A stretch of DNA of 64,000 nucleotides from Octopus sinensis (Eukaryota): contig NC_043003.1 of NCBI RefSeq assembly GCF_006345805.1, positions 109,988,001 to 110,052,000 of the forward strand, read 5' to 3'. The notes beneath the pieces are model-generated. The model was not told the origin of the DNA. It did no database searches and was given only the letters and a program-made list of their open reading frames with translations. Both the position numbers and the translations under genes were made by a program. Positions within the stretch are counted from its first letter, which is position 1. Each line of letters starts with the position of its first letter. Positions 12,946 through 26,434 of the stretch are shown here, piece by piece.

Positions 12946-14471
12946 AAAAAGGATCCACCGGTGTCGACTACTGAAATCCATTGAAGATTGCATGCACCTA
13001 AAGCAGAAATTAATATTTATCCTTGCTGTTTTTGCTATTAGAAACAATCCACGGCATTTATTACATGTATGGAGGATAACAGTTAGGAACAATCCAATGT
13101 AGCTCCCAGTAACTGCAAAACAAGCATTTGACCTTAAAGCCAGACATCAATCCAAATGATGACCGTGATAAAAAAAAAATGCAAACAAGGTCTACGATAG
13201 TTGTTAGAAAAGGAATCAATGAGTGATTGTCAGCAGTTAATATTTAACTTCACCCCAAAAAGTCAAAGTACTGAAATCTGATGGGTAGAGACTGGCAGTG
13301 GTCTGAACTGACCATAGCAAGTAGTAGTGTTTTTTTTTCAGTGTGTGGTTTTTCAAGTACAGTGCTGACTCAGATGTTTCAAATACTCTTTCCTAGAATA
13401 CAGACCAGATTTTTACAAGCGAGTTCTGTGTGGTTCTACATGATACGCAGTGCTGCATAATCTTTGCTTTTATTCTTGCTGATGTTCTATTATGTTGATG
13501 CAAATTTTGCAGTGAAGTTCTGTAGCTTATGTGGAGTCATCTAAATAGAAACTCCGCTTTATATGTGAGTTCTTATCTGGCATGTAAGCATTCATATTGT
13601 ATTACGCAGAACGAGAAAAGATGAAGTCCAATGACACCAGTTGTTGAGTATCAAATACAGGAAAATACTCGCCGCAAATGACTATCTTGAAATGGATGAG
13701 AGCAAGTGTGTCAAAGAATGCACTGGAAACAAGAACCTGGATGATTATATACGTGAAGAATAACACAGAAGAAACTGGAAAGGGTTTCATTGCCTCATGG
13801 GCACATGAAGGCAATTCATTGGTTGACAATTTGCATACATAAATACATACATATATACATACATATATACACATAGATAATTCTTTAAATTATTTAAGTG
13901 TTTCAACCCCAACGCTGTGGTCATGAAACCTGTATGCAACCAGGCACAAGCAAATATGGACATACATTACAATCGGACCAAGCGAAACCGAATATAATGA
14001 ACAAGGTACCCATTGAAAAGTCACTTGACGAGACACATATTTACCGAAGGATGCTCCACAGCTCGGTGTATAAAGCAGGCAGTACGTCTACTACTGTGTG
14101 TACTTGTATGAAATGAAATTGTTTACTTCTCTGCATTTCCAGTAATTTCTGTAAGATGGTAAAATGATCCAATACAATCTGAACGTCGTTAATATTTCTT
14201 GTCATCATTGAGTTTAGCTGATATTAATATTATTCAAACTCTGTTGATATTTTCCCTGTAGGTATAAGTCAGTATGACTATCAATTACAGCAGGAACCCT
14301 GCATATGTCTCGTTCCCTGGCAAATTTGACATCATATCATTCTATACTCTTGCTAGGAATAAATTGGCATTTATCAAGTCGTCTTATTTTACAGATTCTT
14401 CGAAATGTTCAAGCCGTTGTGTCTCCAGTAATCCCCTGATGGATTATGGCAATAATATAAACATGTCTGAA

Positions 14472-14685
14472 GGCGGTGAGCTGTCAGAATCGTTACCGCG
14501 CCGGGCAAAATGCTTAGCAGCATTTCGTCCGGCGTTACGTTCTGAGTCCAAGTGCAGCCAAGGTTGACTTTGCCTTTCATCATTGAGGGGTCGATAAGAT
14601 ACCTACCAGTTGAGCACTAGGGTTGATGTAATCTACTTACCCCTACCTTCGAAATTACTGGCCTTGTGCCAAAATTTAAAACTAA
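14472..14685 (+). mobile_element. SINE family A, subfamily A2 (alternative 3' tail)
   Basis: ggcggtgagctgtcagaatcgtt...gttgactttgcctttcatc...ggggtcgataa; tail gaaattactggccttgtgccaaaattt differs from the 7501 and 15281 copies. Confidence 0.85.
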
Positions 14686-14852
14686 TAATATAAATATGCT
14701 GTCTTAAGCGATTCAGTCGAAGTTGGCGTAAAGCAACGTAACTCAAGTGGAATTGAATATTGCAGTATACTTTTCTTTGACGCACCGATTTTTTTCGATT
14801 CGAAATTAACCACACATACACATGCATTCCTGCATGAACACTCACGGTCACA

Positions 14853-14853
14853 C

Positions 14854-14939
<86 letters not shown>
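14853..14939. repeat. (TATC)n microsatellite
   Basis: Directly visible. Confidence 0.97.
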
Positions 14940-15280
14940 GCTCTCGGTTGTCACGCTGTTTGTCTTTCTGTCTGTCTGCCTGTCTCTCAGGCTCAGTAAA
15001 TGATGAAACATTCACTTAATCTTAGTAAAATAAACGAGACATTTACTTCATTTTAGTAAACGCTGAGATATGGCTCATCATCTGATGAAGAGCCACGTCT
15101 CATTCGGCCAACTTCTTTAGGCACGTTCTCAATGTTTGGTTTATTGACACTTAGTTTGTACACCTCGTGCTGAATTTCAATAAACTATACACACATATAT
15201 GCATTCGTTCAAATAGTCTGCATCGGTACTCTGTTTGTCAAACAAATTTCATTGACAAGGCATTGACTGCCGTGAAACAA

Positions 15281-15511
15281 GGCGGCGAGCTGGCAGAAAC
15301 GCTAGCACGCCGGGCGAAATGCTTCGCGGTATTTCGTCTGATGCTACGTTCTGAGTTCAAATTCTGCCAAGGTCGACTTTGCTTTTCATCCTTTCGGGGT
15401 CGATTAATTAAGTACCAGTTACGCACTGGGGTCGATATAATCGACTTAATCCGTTTGTCTGTCCTTGTTTGTCCCCTCTGTGTTTAGCCCCTTGTGGGTA
15501 GTAAAGAAATA
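15281..15511 (+). mobile_element. SINE family A, full copy
   Basis: Closely matches 7501-7731, from ggcggcgagctggcagaaac to gggtagtaaagaaatag. Confidence 0.92.
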
Positions 15512-18150
15512 GAAACTAAGGAAGAAGGCGGTTACCGAAAGTATCGTGTAGTGACACATAGAAGAACCATGCATCAGTGAAGCAACTTTCTTAAACCTAA
15601 AGGTATGCCTAAGCTCCTATATCCTATATCTAATGCAGAATATGATTTGATTTTTAAACTGAAGGCTTAGCCTCAAGAGGATAGATTAATATAAATGTTT
15701 TTGTTGAGACAAACTTAATAATGTTATAATTGAAAGCGCATGAAATATCAATAACAAATTAACACTAAAGGCCAGAGTGCTAAAAAGAGTAGAATAAAGT
15801 TAATGAAAAGTTCAATGTCAGGAAATATATAAATAAACAAATATAGAAATAAATATAATCGATACATTCTTTATCGTTAAAACTTCCATAAACGCACTCA
15901 TGAACCACCTAGAATCACATCTATCCTGATGCACATATACATAAAAAAAGTCATTTTTATTTTTCCATATATAATGATTTCTGTTTTTAGAACAAGACTA
16001 AACATTATCAGCAAGAGATTTTAATTGCGTTCGCGGACCTCAGTACATGACTGTTACTCGCTTCTACGGACCTTGGTGAGAAGAATTAAGGAATTCGATC
16101 CCCGGAGAATTTGATCTGAAGACGTAAATGGATGTAAGTATTTATATCAAGAAACTCTATCAATTTTGCCATTGAAAATATGGTTGGGTAGCAGCGGTGA
16201 GGTGGGCACAACAACAGAAATGTTCTTCCGAGCCATGTACGATATACTGTTTCGGTTTGTTGCAAATGCTTGAATGCCAATACGTAATTCGATTCCCTTA
16301 TAAAATTGGAGCGCTTTGCAATTAGTCTATTAGATTTTCTATATCGCACTCAACAAATGCCAGACGAAAGTGCCTCTGAAATTCTAATCTTTTGTTGAAG
16401 AAAAAACAAACAAACAAACAAAAGAACATGAATAATGAAAAGAAACGAATTCAATTTAGATTCTATTGTATTGACTGACCTATCGGTTTGTATTCATACT
16501 CGTAAATATAAAAATGATTAGAAATACGCATTTCTTCGCTTCTTCAATTTGATTATTTTTGCAACTAATAACAGTAAATAGCAAGCGAAAAGGTCTCATT
16601 GAAGTGATGGTCTATATATTGCCCAGCCCGCTCATTTAATCTAGAAGAAGAATTGCTGCCACATATGGTGACTTTGTAAAGTTCACAAAGAAACATAGGT
16701 ATGTCTGTGCTGGGGTGTGCATATGTGTTTCGATTGCTATCAATGTGAACGATATGATAATAGAATTAGTTTTGTAGTTGAACTAGTGAAATTGCTTTAC
16801 TCCACGATGTTGTTGCAGTTTTGACATTATGCTGACATTCAACTGCAAAAGCGAAGAGAAGTGGCAAAACGAAATTAAGTAGAGACGTAATAAAGAATGT
16901 GAGATTTATTATCTTACCCTCACGGATGTTATCTTTTCCTTAAATTGGCAAACTCTCAAAAACCAGAGGCCATATTTAGCAGAAAATAATAGCGAAAGGA
17001 AATGAACTGTGTTGAAATCTATTAGAATTACATTTCTCTGAAATGTGTAGACCCTACTTGAAAAGATCTCTCCTTTTACAAGAAGTATCTTGACATTTGA
17101 AACGCCTGATAGGTCTCGGTGTTTTCTGAAACTTTTCTGCAGTTATTCTGTCACCTTACTTAAATGCAGTTTATGCAATGATATTTCAATTTTTAAGTTC
17201 AAGATTTCTTCAAGTAAATTATTTTTAGTTGCCATTTATCGAAAGCAAAGCATATTTTCAACATTATACCTAGAAATGCCACATCTAAAATGAAAGTGAA
17301 GGAAATAGAAGCGATCCATTGTGATAAAAGCCAGTAATTTATGAACGAATTCACTTCAAAATTTCTCTTACTAATTAGTTTTACTTGTCGTTCATCCATA
17401 CTTTTATAGAAGGACGGAATCTGAAACAAACAAAAAAGAAGAAAAGAAAGCCAATTTAGCACAATAGAGGTGATACATCGGAATTAAACCAACACTTTAT
17501 AACCAAAAGTATTTTCTTATCTGTTTTTCTAGCTATCAAACTCTTTATCTCTTCTCACACACATACACATACACACACACAAACAAATAAACACAAGCAA
17601 ACAACACACACACATGCACACATGCACATGCAAACACACATACTAACACTCGGACACACACACAAACGCACATACACATATACTATCATGATACGTTAGG
17701 TGTTTTCATACCCTAGATATAAGTTTATGTAATGATGTTGAATAGCCGAAAATGAGATTGTTCAAAAACATAGACCCACCAAAAGATCTCAAAAAGTGGC
17801 AAATTTACCATACATTTGGGTATGTTAATACAGGTTGACAACTTCTTATGTTAACTTCGTGTGAACGCCTATCCATCTTGAAGACAATTAAATACAATCT
17901 TAGGACAATTAAATACTGTCGTTATTCATGAATGAAACATTCTTAAGCTATTAAAACAGAAATTTGTACATTTATGCAATATCTTTTTAACGGCAATATA
18001 ATTTTATCTTTAACTGCATTATCTTTAAATCGGATTTGCATCGCTTACTACGAGCAGAGAGCGTTTACCAAAGCTTATTTAATAAATACTATCAAATGAT
18101 TTTGTCTGCAATGAATCTCCGACTTCATAAATAACCTCATAATATAATAG

Positions 18151-18360
18151 ATTCAATTTTGGTACAAGGCCAGAAATTCCGAAGGAAGGTAGAAGTCGGG
18201 TACATCGACTCCGGGGGTTAACCGGTATTCCTTTAATCGTCTCCGTAAGGATGAAACTCAAAGTTAACCATGACGGAATTTGAACTCAGAGCGTTAAGAC
18301 GAACGAAATATCTCAAAATATTTCGCCCGCCGAGCTAATGATTCTGTAAGCTTGCTTCCT
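18151..18360 (-). mobile_element. SINE family A, subfamily A2, diverged
   Basis: Reverse-complement match to 14472-14685 (ttttggtacaaggccagaaatt; ggaatttgaactcagagcgt). Confidence 0.75.
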
Positions 18361-18654
18361 TAAATAACGATAAATATATATATATATAGGATGTCTGTGT
18401 GTCTAATATATGTGCATTTCTAAAGCTTTTAACCGATTTTCTCCATAATTTTTAGACACATTACTTATGTGACAAGGATGGTCATGCACTGTAATTTTTT
18501 TCCCAGAGCTCCCGCGTAAAGCGAGGAATCAGGGGAAAAGTTGTTTTACACGGGTTTTTACTCTGAAAACTGCAGCTTTCAACCAATTGTCTCATTTTTC
18601 GCATTCATATATTCTATCTCATTATATGTAATAGTCAATATATTTTAGTCTATC

Positions 18655-18975
18655 TCTTCATTCCTTCCTTCTTTCTTCGTCTTTCATTCTTATTATTTTC
18701 TTTCTGTTTTCTTTCTCACTTTCTCCCTCTTTCTCTCTTTCTTTCCCTTCCTTCCTACTTTCCTTCTTTCCTTCCTTCCTTTCTACATTCTTTCTTTATT
18801 TCCTTCCTTTCTCCTTCCTTCTTTCTTTCTTTCTCCTCCCTCCCTCGTTCTTTCTTTCTTTCTCACTCTTTTCTTTCTCTCTCCTTTCTTTCTTTCTTTC
18901 TTTCTTTCTCCCTTTCTGTCTTTCTTTCTGTCTTTCTTTCTTCTTTCTTTCTTTCTTTCTCTTTTTCTTTCTGTT
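18655..18975. repeat. Polypyrimidine (CTTT/CCTT)n tract
   Basis: Directly visible. Confidence 0.95.
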
Positions 18976-18977
18976 CC

Positions 18978-19037
18978 ACTAAAAGCGGTGTTCCAACGCG
19001 GCCACAATCAAATGACTGAAATAAGTAAAAGAATAAA
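18978..19037 (+). mobile_element. Isolated 3' tail of SINE family B
   Basis: aaaagcggtgttccaacgcggccacaatcaaatgactgaaataagtaaaaga matches the tail at 19370-19431. Confidence 0.8.
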
Positions 19038-19041
19038 CTAA

Positions 19042-19431
19042 GGCGCAGGAGTGGCTGTGGGGTAAGTAGCTTACTTACCAACCATATGGTTCCGGGTTCA
19101 GTCCCACTGCATAGCACCTTGGACAAGTGTCTTCTACTATAGCCTCGAATCGACCCAAGCCTTGTGAGCGGATTTGGTAGACGGAAACTGAAAGAAGCTC
19201 GTCGTATATATGTATATATATGTGTGTCTGTGTTTGTCACCCCAACATCACTTGACAACCGATGCTGGCGTGTTTACGTCCCCGAAACTTAGCGGTTCGG
19301 CAAAAGAGACCGATAGAATAAGTACTACGCTTACAAAGAATAAGTCCTGCTGGTCGATTTCCTCGATTAAAGGTGGTGCTCCAGCATGGTCGCAGTCAAA
19401 TGACTGAAACAAGTAAAAGGGTAAAAGGGTA
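19042..19431 (+). mobile_element. tRNA-derived SINE family B (CORE-like segment), full copy
   Basis: A-box-like gtggctgtggggt, B-box-like gggttcagtccc, accttggacaagtg core, internal TA/TG microsatellite, tail cagtcaaatgactgaaacaagtaaaagggtaaaaggg; further copies elsewhere in the window. Confidence 0.92.
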
Positions 19432-19802
19432 ACTATGCCATTTAATCCCGTGCAACGCCGGGTATTTTTGCTAGTGATATAATAGTCCTGCAAATATGTA
19501 CTGCCTAGTAATATAACATATGCAATGGTTGTGAGAGAAACGCTACCACTTACTTAATAACTGACGGCCGTTGATTATGCGAACGCTGTCTAATTCATTA
19601 CAATATAGCATCGTATGTTAATGTATCCCTCCCAAATGAATCATTTTGCATCAATGATAAATATTTATTTTTCTCTCAAACAAATCTCTGAATTAATGCC
19701 AAGGATTTTAATACTGTTTCTGATTAGGTAAACTTAACAGCTTCATATTAATAACATTCCTCACAGAAAGCAAGCATGATTAAATATCACTGAAGAAAAA
19801 TT

Positions 19803-20184
19803 ATAGTCATTGGACTGCGGCCATGCCGGAGCACTGAAATAACGAATTTTCAGTTAAATGAGTTGATCGTCGTATTTATCTTTTGTTAAATCTTGTACTA
19901 ACTATATCGGTCACAATTGCCGAATCGCTATGTTACGAGAGCATAAACCCAGCAATCCCTAGTAGTGGTAGTGTGGCAAACAAATACAAAACCATGCCCT
20001 TGTGCAAACACACACAGACACACACACACCATATATTCTTTCAGTTTTGGTCTACTACAGCTACTCACAAAGAACTGGTCGGCCCTAGGCTGTAGTAGAA
20101 GAGACACTGGTCAAGTCGCCACAAAGTGGGACTGAAAGCAGGACCATGTGGTTAGAAAGCAAGCTTCTTACTACACGCGGCCGT
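19803..20184 (-). mobile_element. SINE family B, diverged copy
   Basis: gtcattggactgcggccatgccggagcac (tail) and gtgggactgaa...ccatgtggttagaaagcaagcttcttac (head) are reverse complements of family B. Confidence 0.8.
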
Positions 20185-20210
20185 ACAATGTTTGTATGTG
20201 TGTGTGTTTA

Positions 20211-21760
20211 TATACTGAACTACAAAAGAAACATCGCACTGTAAAAGATCATTTCTTTCACAAACGATATTGAAATTATATGGATCGTATCACATTTCTA
20301 GATAATTTGACATCAGGAAGATGTCACTGACCCACAACACCACTCTCTTTTGAAAACACATGGTTTGCATGTAGGGTTCGAACTCACTCACTTTCGCGAA
20401 TATGATATTACCCGCGAAGGCATCTTTATGAAAAGCATGCTGCACAGGCAAAGCGTTGAGACATTTGGTATAAAAGTCACCCAAATTTACCAGCCTGCCA
20501 TTCCCGAACACAGCAACCATGCGAAGACTGACATGAAATCAGAGAGAGAGCAAGCCATCGGACGACTCCATGCTGATCATCGTCTATGGGCCATGGCTAA
20601 TTACTTGAACTACAATAATCGGACAACTGAGTGGCTGAGAGAACGATACAATGTCACAAACAGCACGGATGATCGTCTGGAAGCACTCCGTCGGTTACGA
20701 CGATGAGGGGAATGATCGAGGTTTACTACGGCACGTCAAGATCACCCTCTGCACCGACTGCACTTGCCGAGCCGATTCCGGAGGGCTACTGAATCATGTA
20801 GGCAAATCATAGGGACTCACAACAAACCTATTTGTGCAGAGACACCACGCTACCGACTGAGGATTTTCAGTCTGTCTGGTCGACGTCCGGCTAGAGACCC
20901 CATCCTCACAGATCATCATCGACGGGCACGTCTGTAGTGAGAGAGAAAACGTCAGAACTGGTGATATCAGCAGTGGAGGACTGTAGTCTTCTCTGACTGA
21001 AGAAATTTGATATTGCATTCCTGTGGCAGATGACAAAGCTAGGGCTTAGAGAAGAAGGATTGAACGTCATGCCGATGGCTGTGTGGTGGAGAGAGACTCA
21101 TGGGGGAGGACAGAGCATCATAGCATGTGGCAGAGTTTCACTTAACCAGAAACCTGGATCGGTGGTCTTCCAAACCATGGCCGGGACAATGGATTAATCA
21201 CAGCTCTCTACAGCAACCAAGTTTTGAGGCCTCACATTCTGTCATACTTTGCCCGTCAACGGAATCATGTGTTCCAACAAGAGAACGCCCGTGCCCATAT
21301 TGCCAGGTTGACAACAGCTTTCTTCCAACAGCACAACATCCAGACATTGCCATGGTCTGCCACAAGTCTGGACTTGAACCCCATGGAGCACGTGTGGAAC
21401 GAAATCCAAAGAAAGCTAGATGACATAAGTCCAAGGCACACTCACTGCAAGTTTTAACAGAGTGTGGGCTGCTGTCTCTATGACCTTCATCAGTCGTTTG
21501 GTACATTCAATGTACAGAAGATGCCTGGTGGTAATCAACACGAACGGTGGTCACACGTGATATTGAGTTCATCTCTTTGGATCCGGGACACACCGTCATC
21601 ACATGATACCGTGTGACGTCAAGCATGTTTCAGGAAATGACGTTTTATCATTAGAAAAGAACGGTTTCTTAATTAGCGCTCTTCAACCAATGCTATAGCA
21701 GTCTGTTAATAAACCGGTTTCTATTTAGTATGTGTGTGACGTTTCTTTTGTAGTTCTATT
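20211..21760 (+). mobile_element. Tc1-like (DD34E) transposon, about 1.55 kb, inactivated transposase
   Basis: Perfect 16-bp inverted repeat gaactacaaaagaaac (20217-20232) / gtttcttttgtagttc (21741-21756). Translation: EREQAIGRL, VFSD, FQQENARAH, LPWSATSLDLNPMEHVWNEI (Tc1 SPDLNPIEHVW motif). Confidence 0.92.
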
Positions 21761-21919
21761 CTGTCAATCCGCACTTGTTACCTCTCTCCCTCCTTTTCTC
21801 CACACCCCAAACCCACCACCTCATACCACACAAAACACCACCACACCACCACACTGTACACCACCGTACCACACATCACCTCATCGCCCCCCCACACATG
21901 CACATACACGCTCACATTC

Positions 21920-22207
21920 ACACGCATGGGTACCTTCGTTTTGGGCCACCACTGCTTTATTATCTCCTCTTCTTCCTAGCTCTCCTGTGTCCGGAATTCT
22001 CCACTGTCCGGCATTCGTCATGATAGATCGCTAGCCACTAAGGCTTTATCTATTTTCTCTCCCTGTTTATTTCTGTGTTCCTTTCTGTCGAAGAGCGTAG
22101 TCTCAAAACGTAAAAGACTTTCTCACTTTCCGAGCGTTAAACTAATACATCTGTTTGCTGTTTACACACCGTCTTCGTATTCTGTTAGTTTTTTGTAAAT
22201 TCTCACT
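21920..22207 (+). mobile_element. Penelope-like element terminal repeat (putative)
   Basis: ctgtcgaagagcgtagtctcaaaacgtaaaag followed by tttccgagcgtt and a T-rich tail; same architecture as 57370-57535; hammerhead-like core is typical of PLE pseudo-LTRs. Confidence 0.55.
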
Positions 22208-22222
22208 ACACACACACACACA

Positions 22223-22302
<80 letters not shown>

Positions 22303-24019
22303 AATATAAATATAAAAAGAGGGCACGGCGTTATCTGCGATAATTTGTTCTACAGAAAATTTGTCAAAGATGCATGTTCTTAACACATAAGTGATATACA
22401 CACACCGGTACTTGAAACTGAGACAGTTTAAAGTGTATATATTACAGCTGAATAAGAAATTAATATCTCAAAAAGAATAAATTTCTCTATTTTTGTCTTT
22501 CAAATAGTCGAAGATTTACTCAAAAAGTTCAATATTAATTTAGTAGCAATGTGTGTTATACATTTGTACTTTTTGCCATTGATGGAGGTAATTTACGTTT
22601 ATTCTTTCTTTTGATTCTGTTGAAAACGACTGCCGGTAAAATAGAGGTTCTGATGACACAAGGGTCACTTCAACTAGTTTGCTGAAAAACCAAAAAGAAT
22701 GTAAATAAATGAATATAGAACAAAGATAACCAAATGCACTCTCTGTTTACAATTGCTATAACCTGGAGCAAGATAAACCAAGACTAATGATATAGTAGTA
22801 CGGCACCAGTAAAGAAACATATAACTTCCGCTCGTTGTCTTGAAGACCAACAACTAACTATTCAGGTAGTTACGACTGGTAGGCATTTAACCTTTGACAA
22901 TAAACTCCAGCCTGAACATCTCAGTTAAAAGAAAAAAAATCTGTAGTTCGAAACTAGCTCACAATTATAGTGCTGTAGCAACTCAAGCCAAATGATCTTA
23001 CTCTGTTTATTATAGATATTATCATGGTAGCTATCATGATAGTTAGCTAATCTTATTAAGACACATTTGAATATCTCCAAGTAGTATTACGAAATCTAGT
23101 ATTCTGAAAATTTAATTAATTCGTACAACGGTAGAAATGTTAATCACGCATCTAAACGTTAAATGCCAATTGTACTGAATGCAAATACAATCTAAATGAA
23201 TCATAGGAGATTGCTTAGTCTCTCCACGTTCGTTATCAGTAAGTCCGGAATTGGTAATCAGGAGAAGGTATTTACAGAGTAAATTCCCAAAGTGCTATCA
23301 CATTGAAATATATGCCTTCTGCTGTTTACGAATTTGATGGATACCAAAATTACTTAAATAAGAAAAGGGAAAAACAGTTTTAATATTTCCTAATGTATAT
23401 TCCAGTTTGCCAGGTATTATCAGTTCAAATCTTAAATGAAATAAAATACAGTATTAAATAAAATACAATATTAATGAAATACAACATTAAGTTACTGCTA
23501 TTAATAGAATGATGCAAATTTGAATATATTAAGTCATTTCATTATTGTATTGGTCCTTGTGTCCTGGTAAAATTTCCTCTTCTACTTTAAGGGTTCTAGA
23601 AATTGCATAAAGAATGCACGCGCAATTGAAGTTTCAGGCGTTTCGTTCTCTCACCATTCCTTAATTTACTACAGTTTCCATCCTGCTAAGATCGCCTTTA
23701 TTAAAATAACAATTGATATGAACTACACATATATTCGCTCCCCTTCAAAAAGAGGATAATGTTGTTTTATATGATATATTATTATTTTAAATCATATGTA
23801 ATGCTGCGTGTTGACAGTGTCGATAAGTCGTCAGTAACATGAGTTTAAACACTTTTTTAGCATTTTGCTTGTTTGCTTGTTTATTTGTTTTATTTTTCTT
23901 TCTTTCTTTCAGTATTCTCGTCTCGCCGCAATATAAATACGATATAAAATTTCAAAATGTTAGAGTCTTATACAAATTTGTTAACGTAATTCAATGCTCT
24001 TTGCTGACGCAGATGACCA

Positions 24020-24692
24020 CTAAACCCACGCTTCATCACCCATTATGACCGCTTTCAAAATGTCTTCATCGTTTTGGAAACAATCAAAGAGGTCTTGTGC
24101 AACTGAAACCCGAATGGTTTTTGGTCAGCTGAAAACAGTTTTGGCATAAAGTTGGTAGACACGAGTCTCAAACACAAACCTTTAGCGATAATGGACTGAA
24201 CTGAACCGTAACCAATCTACACATCGTCTGATACCTCCCGGAAGGTCATTCGACGAACAGCTGCACGCACATCCGCGATGTTTTTCTCAATTCTGCTGGT
24301 TGCAGTATCCCAGAACGTTTGTCACTATCGACATTTTTTCGGCCATCGCTCAAACGTCTGACCACTCGTACACTTGTGTGCCGCTTAAACACTCCTTTCC
24401 ATTCACTTTCTGAATTTTGCGTAGGTTTTTCAGCAGGTATCGCCAAACTTTTGACAAAATTTGATACAGATTCTCTGCTCAACTTTCTCTGTCATGATTA
24501 ATGCGACGATCACACGCTACGCACGTTCCTTCTAAACACTGCTGCAAACAGCGGAAGTGGGTTAGGATATTAAAACTCCGTGCGCATGTTCATCAGAGTT
24601 CAAGGTCAAGCCGTACCAAGCGGCTTTACTCTGTGTGTTTTAGTTTTATTACTATAGCAACAGTCTGAATACTTATTGATCAGACCACGTAT
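24020..24692 (-). mobile_element. 5' half of a second, distinct mariner family
   Basis: TIR-like tatacgtggtctgatcaataagtattcagac at 24692. Minus translation MTEKVEQRICIKFCQK...RRMTFREV...IGYGSVQSII...SVAQDL...AVIMGDEAWV (first catalytic D); 3' half absent. Confidence 0.85.
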
Positions 24693-26434
24693 ATACTGCA
24701 TACATATATATATATATATGTGTGTATGTATAGGTACGTGCGTGTGCGTGTACGTGTAAGTGTGTATGTGCTTGTGTGTATGTGTGTGTATGTGTGCGTG
24801 CGCGCGCGCAGAGAGCGTGTGCGCGCAGAGAGCATGCGTGTATGCGTGTATATTTATATTTTATTCAAATGTGTCCTTCATTGCGGGATTTTTCTTATAA
24901 ATAAGACAGCGATGTCGTTTTAATTGCCGGCCGAGGGCTCACATACACTCTGCCAGGACAGGTGGTTTCTATTCTTGTATATTGTGTGTCTCCTTATCGA
25001 TATGAGTCGAATATATGTACAACATCTTCCTGTTCATCATTGATACATGAAAGTTATTTACAAGCAGGAAACAATAAATCCTGGCTATTTTAGGAAATCT
25101 ATATTCAGATCAATAACCGGTTTTCATTCTATATACAGTCCTATTGTCATGTTTATCTTATAAGATATTCACCGAAATTTATTCTCGTCTCTAATATATG
25201 CTATTATGTGTTGAACGATGTAGACCAGCACTTCCTAAACATTTCTGCTCAAACGCGTCTTTTGATCATCTAAAATCATCAATGCCTTCATGTGAAACGT
25301 GTGTTAAGTATATAGGCAGAGGAGTAAAGTTTCCAATCTATTTGAAATAATGCACCAATGGGAGATTTAGTGTCCTTTGAGAAATACTTAAAGAAACCAC
25401 AATATAAATCTGCGGAATTGCGAGTTCATTTCGCAGTTTCAATCCTCGACTGATGTATATTAGATTATACTGTTAATGGATCTGAAAAGTTTAAGATATG
25501 CCATCTCTTGTCAACGGTAGGAAGTGGATAAGAAAGCGCGGAATAATATAGGACGAAAAGGAAAACAACGTTGTGTATTGGCTTTCTTTTCACCGAACTA
25601 GCATCCACCGCGCGAATTCAAAGATATGGCTTTGATTGCTGGTTGAAGGCATTTCTTTTAGTATTTAATGCCAAAGTTATTGCGATTACAATATCTCATC
25701 CTTTCCTCATAAAGCTGAATAGCTGTGCTAGAGCCAAAAGAAAGAGGACCGCGAAACAGCATTTTATGCTATAACTGAACAATGAAGTTTAAGAATAATC
25801 AACATTCGGCTCACAAATTTCAGGATTTGGTAAAGATTGCTATTCGAAGACAGTTCTCTGAGAGTTTAATAGCTCTGGGGAAATCGTAAAAGGGTTATAA
25901 TCTCATTTTACTCCGTAGGCTTCAAAAATGTTCCTAAATATCAAGTCGAAGTAGGGCTAGGCGTATTTTCTTGCAGACAGTACACTGCTCGATACACAAC
26001 GGGAAAGTTAAGGTTTTAAATGTATAGGTGCAACAGTAGCAAAGAAAAACTATCCAGTGATGGGAACTTGATATGGTTGCATGACATGATAGAAAGAGAG
26101 TAATGGAAATGTAGTTATGGAGATAAAAAGAGATAGTTACAGTTGAATGGCTTCATGCTACAAAAAACAATTATAATTTGTAGATTTAATTAACAGGAGC
26201 GCATTAATATTGACAAGCGGTTCGTTTACTAATATCTCCTCCTTGGATATGTAAAAATATAGAGACTATTACAATTACTTTCCCCGCCATATAAGGAAAC
26301 ATTTACTCCTGCATTGGCGGGGAAAACCGTGTTGATAGAACAATTCAAATGCGGGCTTCCGTTTTGATTTTGTCTGAAAAAGACAATGATTTAGATAACC
26401 CACCCGCGTAAAAAGTGCGAACTTCAACGTTATA

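Larger units (their letters stand above)
18370..19474 (+). mobile_element. Non-autonomous Helitron-like element carrying nested SINE B sequence
   Basis: 3' hairpin cccgtgcaacgccggg followed by CTAG|T at 19471-19475; 5' region tatatataggatgtctgtgtgt resembles the 5' ends at 26435 and 57285; the 5' TC is not cleanly visible. Confidence 0.6.

Noticed and set aside
13600-13850. Possible decayed RTE 3' end before a (TACA)n tract
   Set aside because: No diagnostic motif recovered by eye.
15071-15095. ggctcatcatctgatgaagagcc containing CTGATGA
   Set aside because: No downstream GAAA or stem III; only a short imperfect hairpin.
16125-16145. GT-AAGT splice-donor-like sites (also near 30410 and 62497)
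   Set aside because: Upstream candidate exons at 16125 and 30410 have stops in all three frames, none was evident at 62497, and such hexamers are expected by chance.
26279-26325. 11-bp inverted repeat tttccccgcca/tggcggggaaa
   Set aside because: Single occurrence with no associated element ends or TSD.
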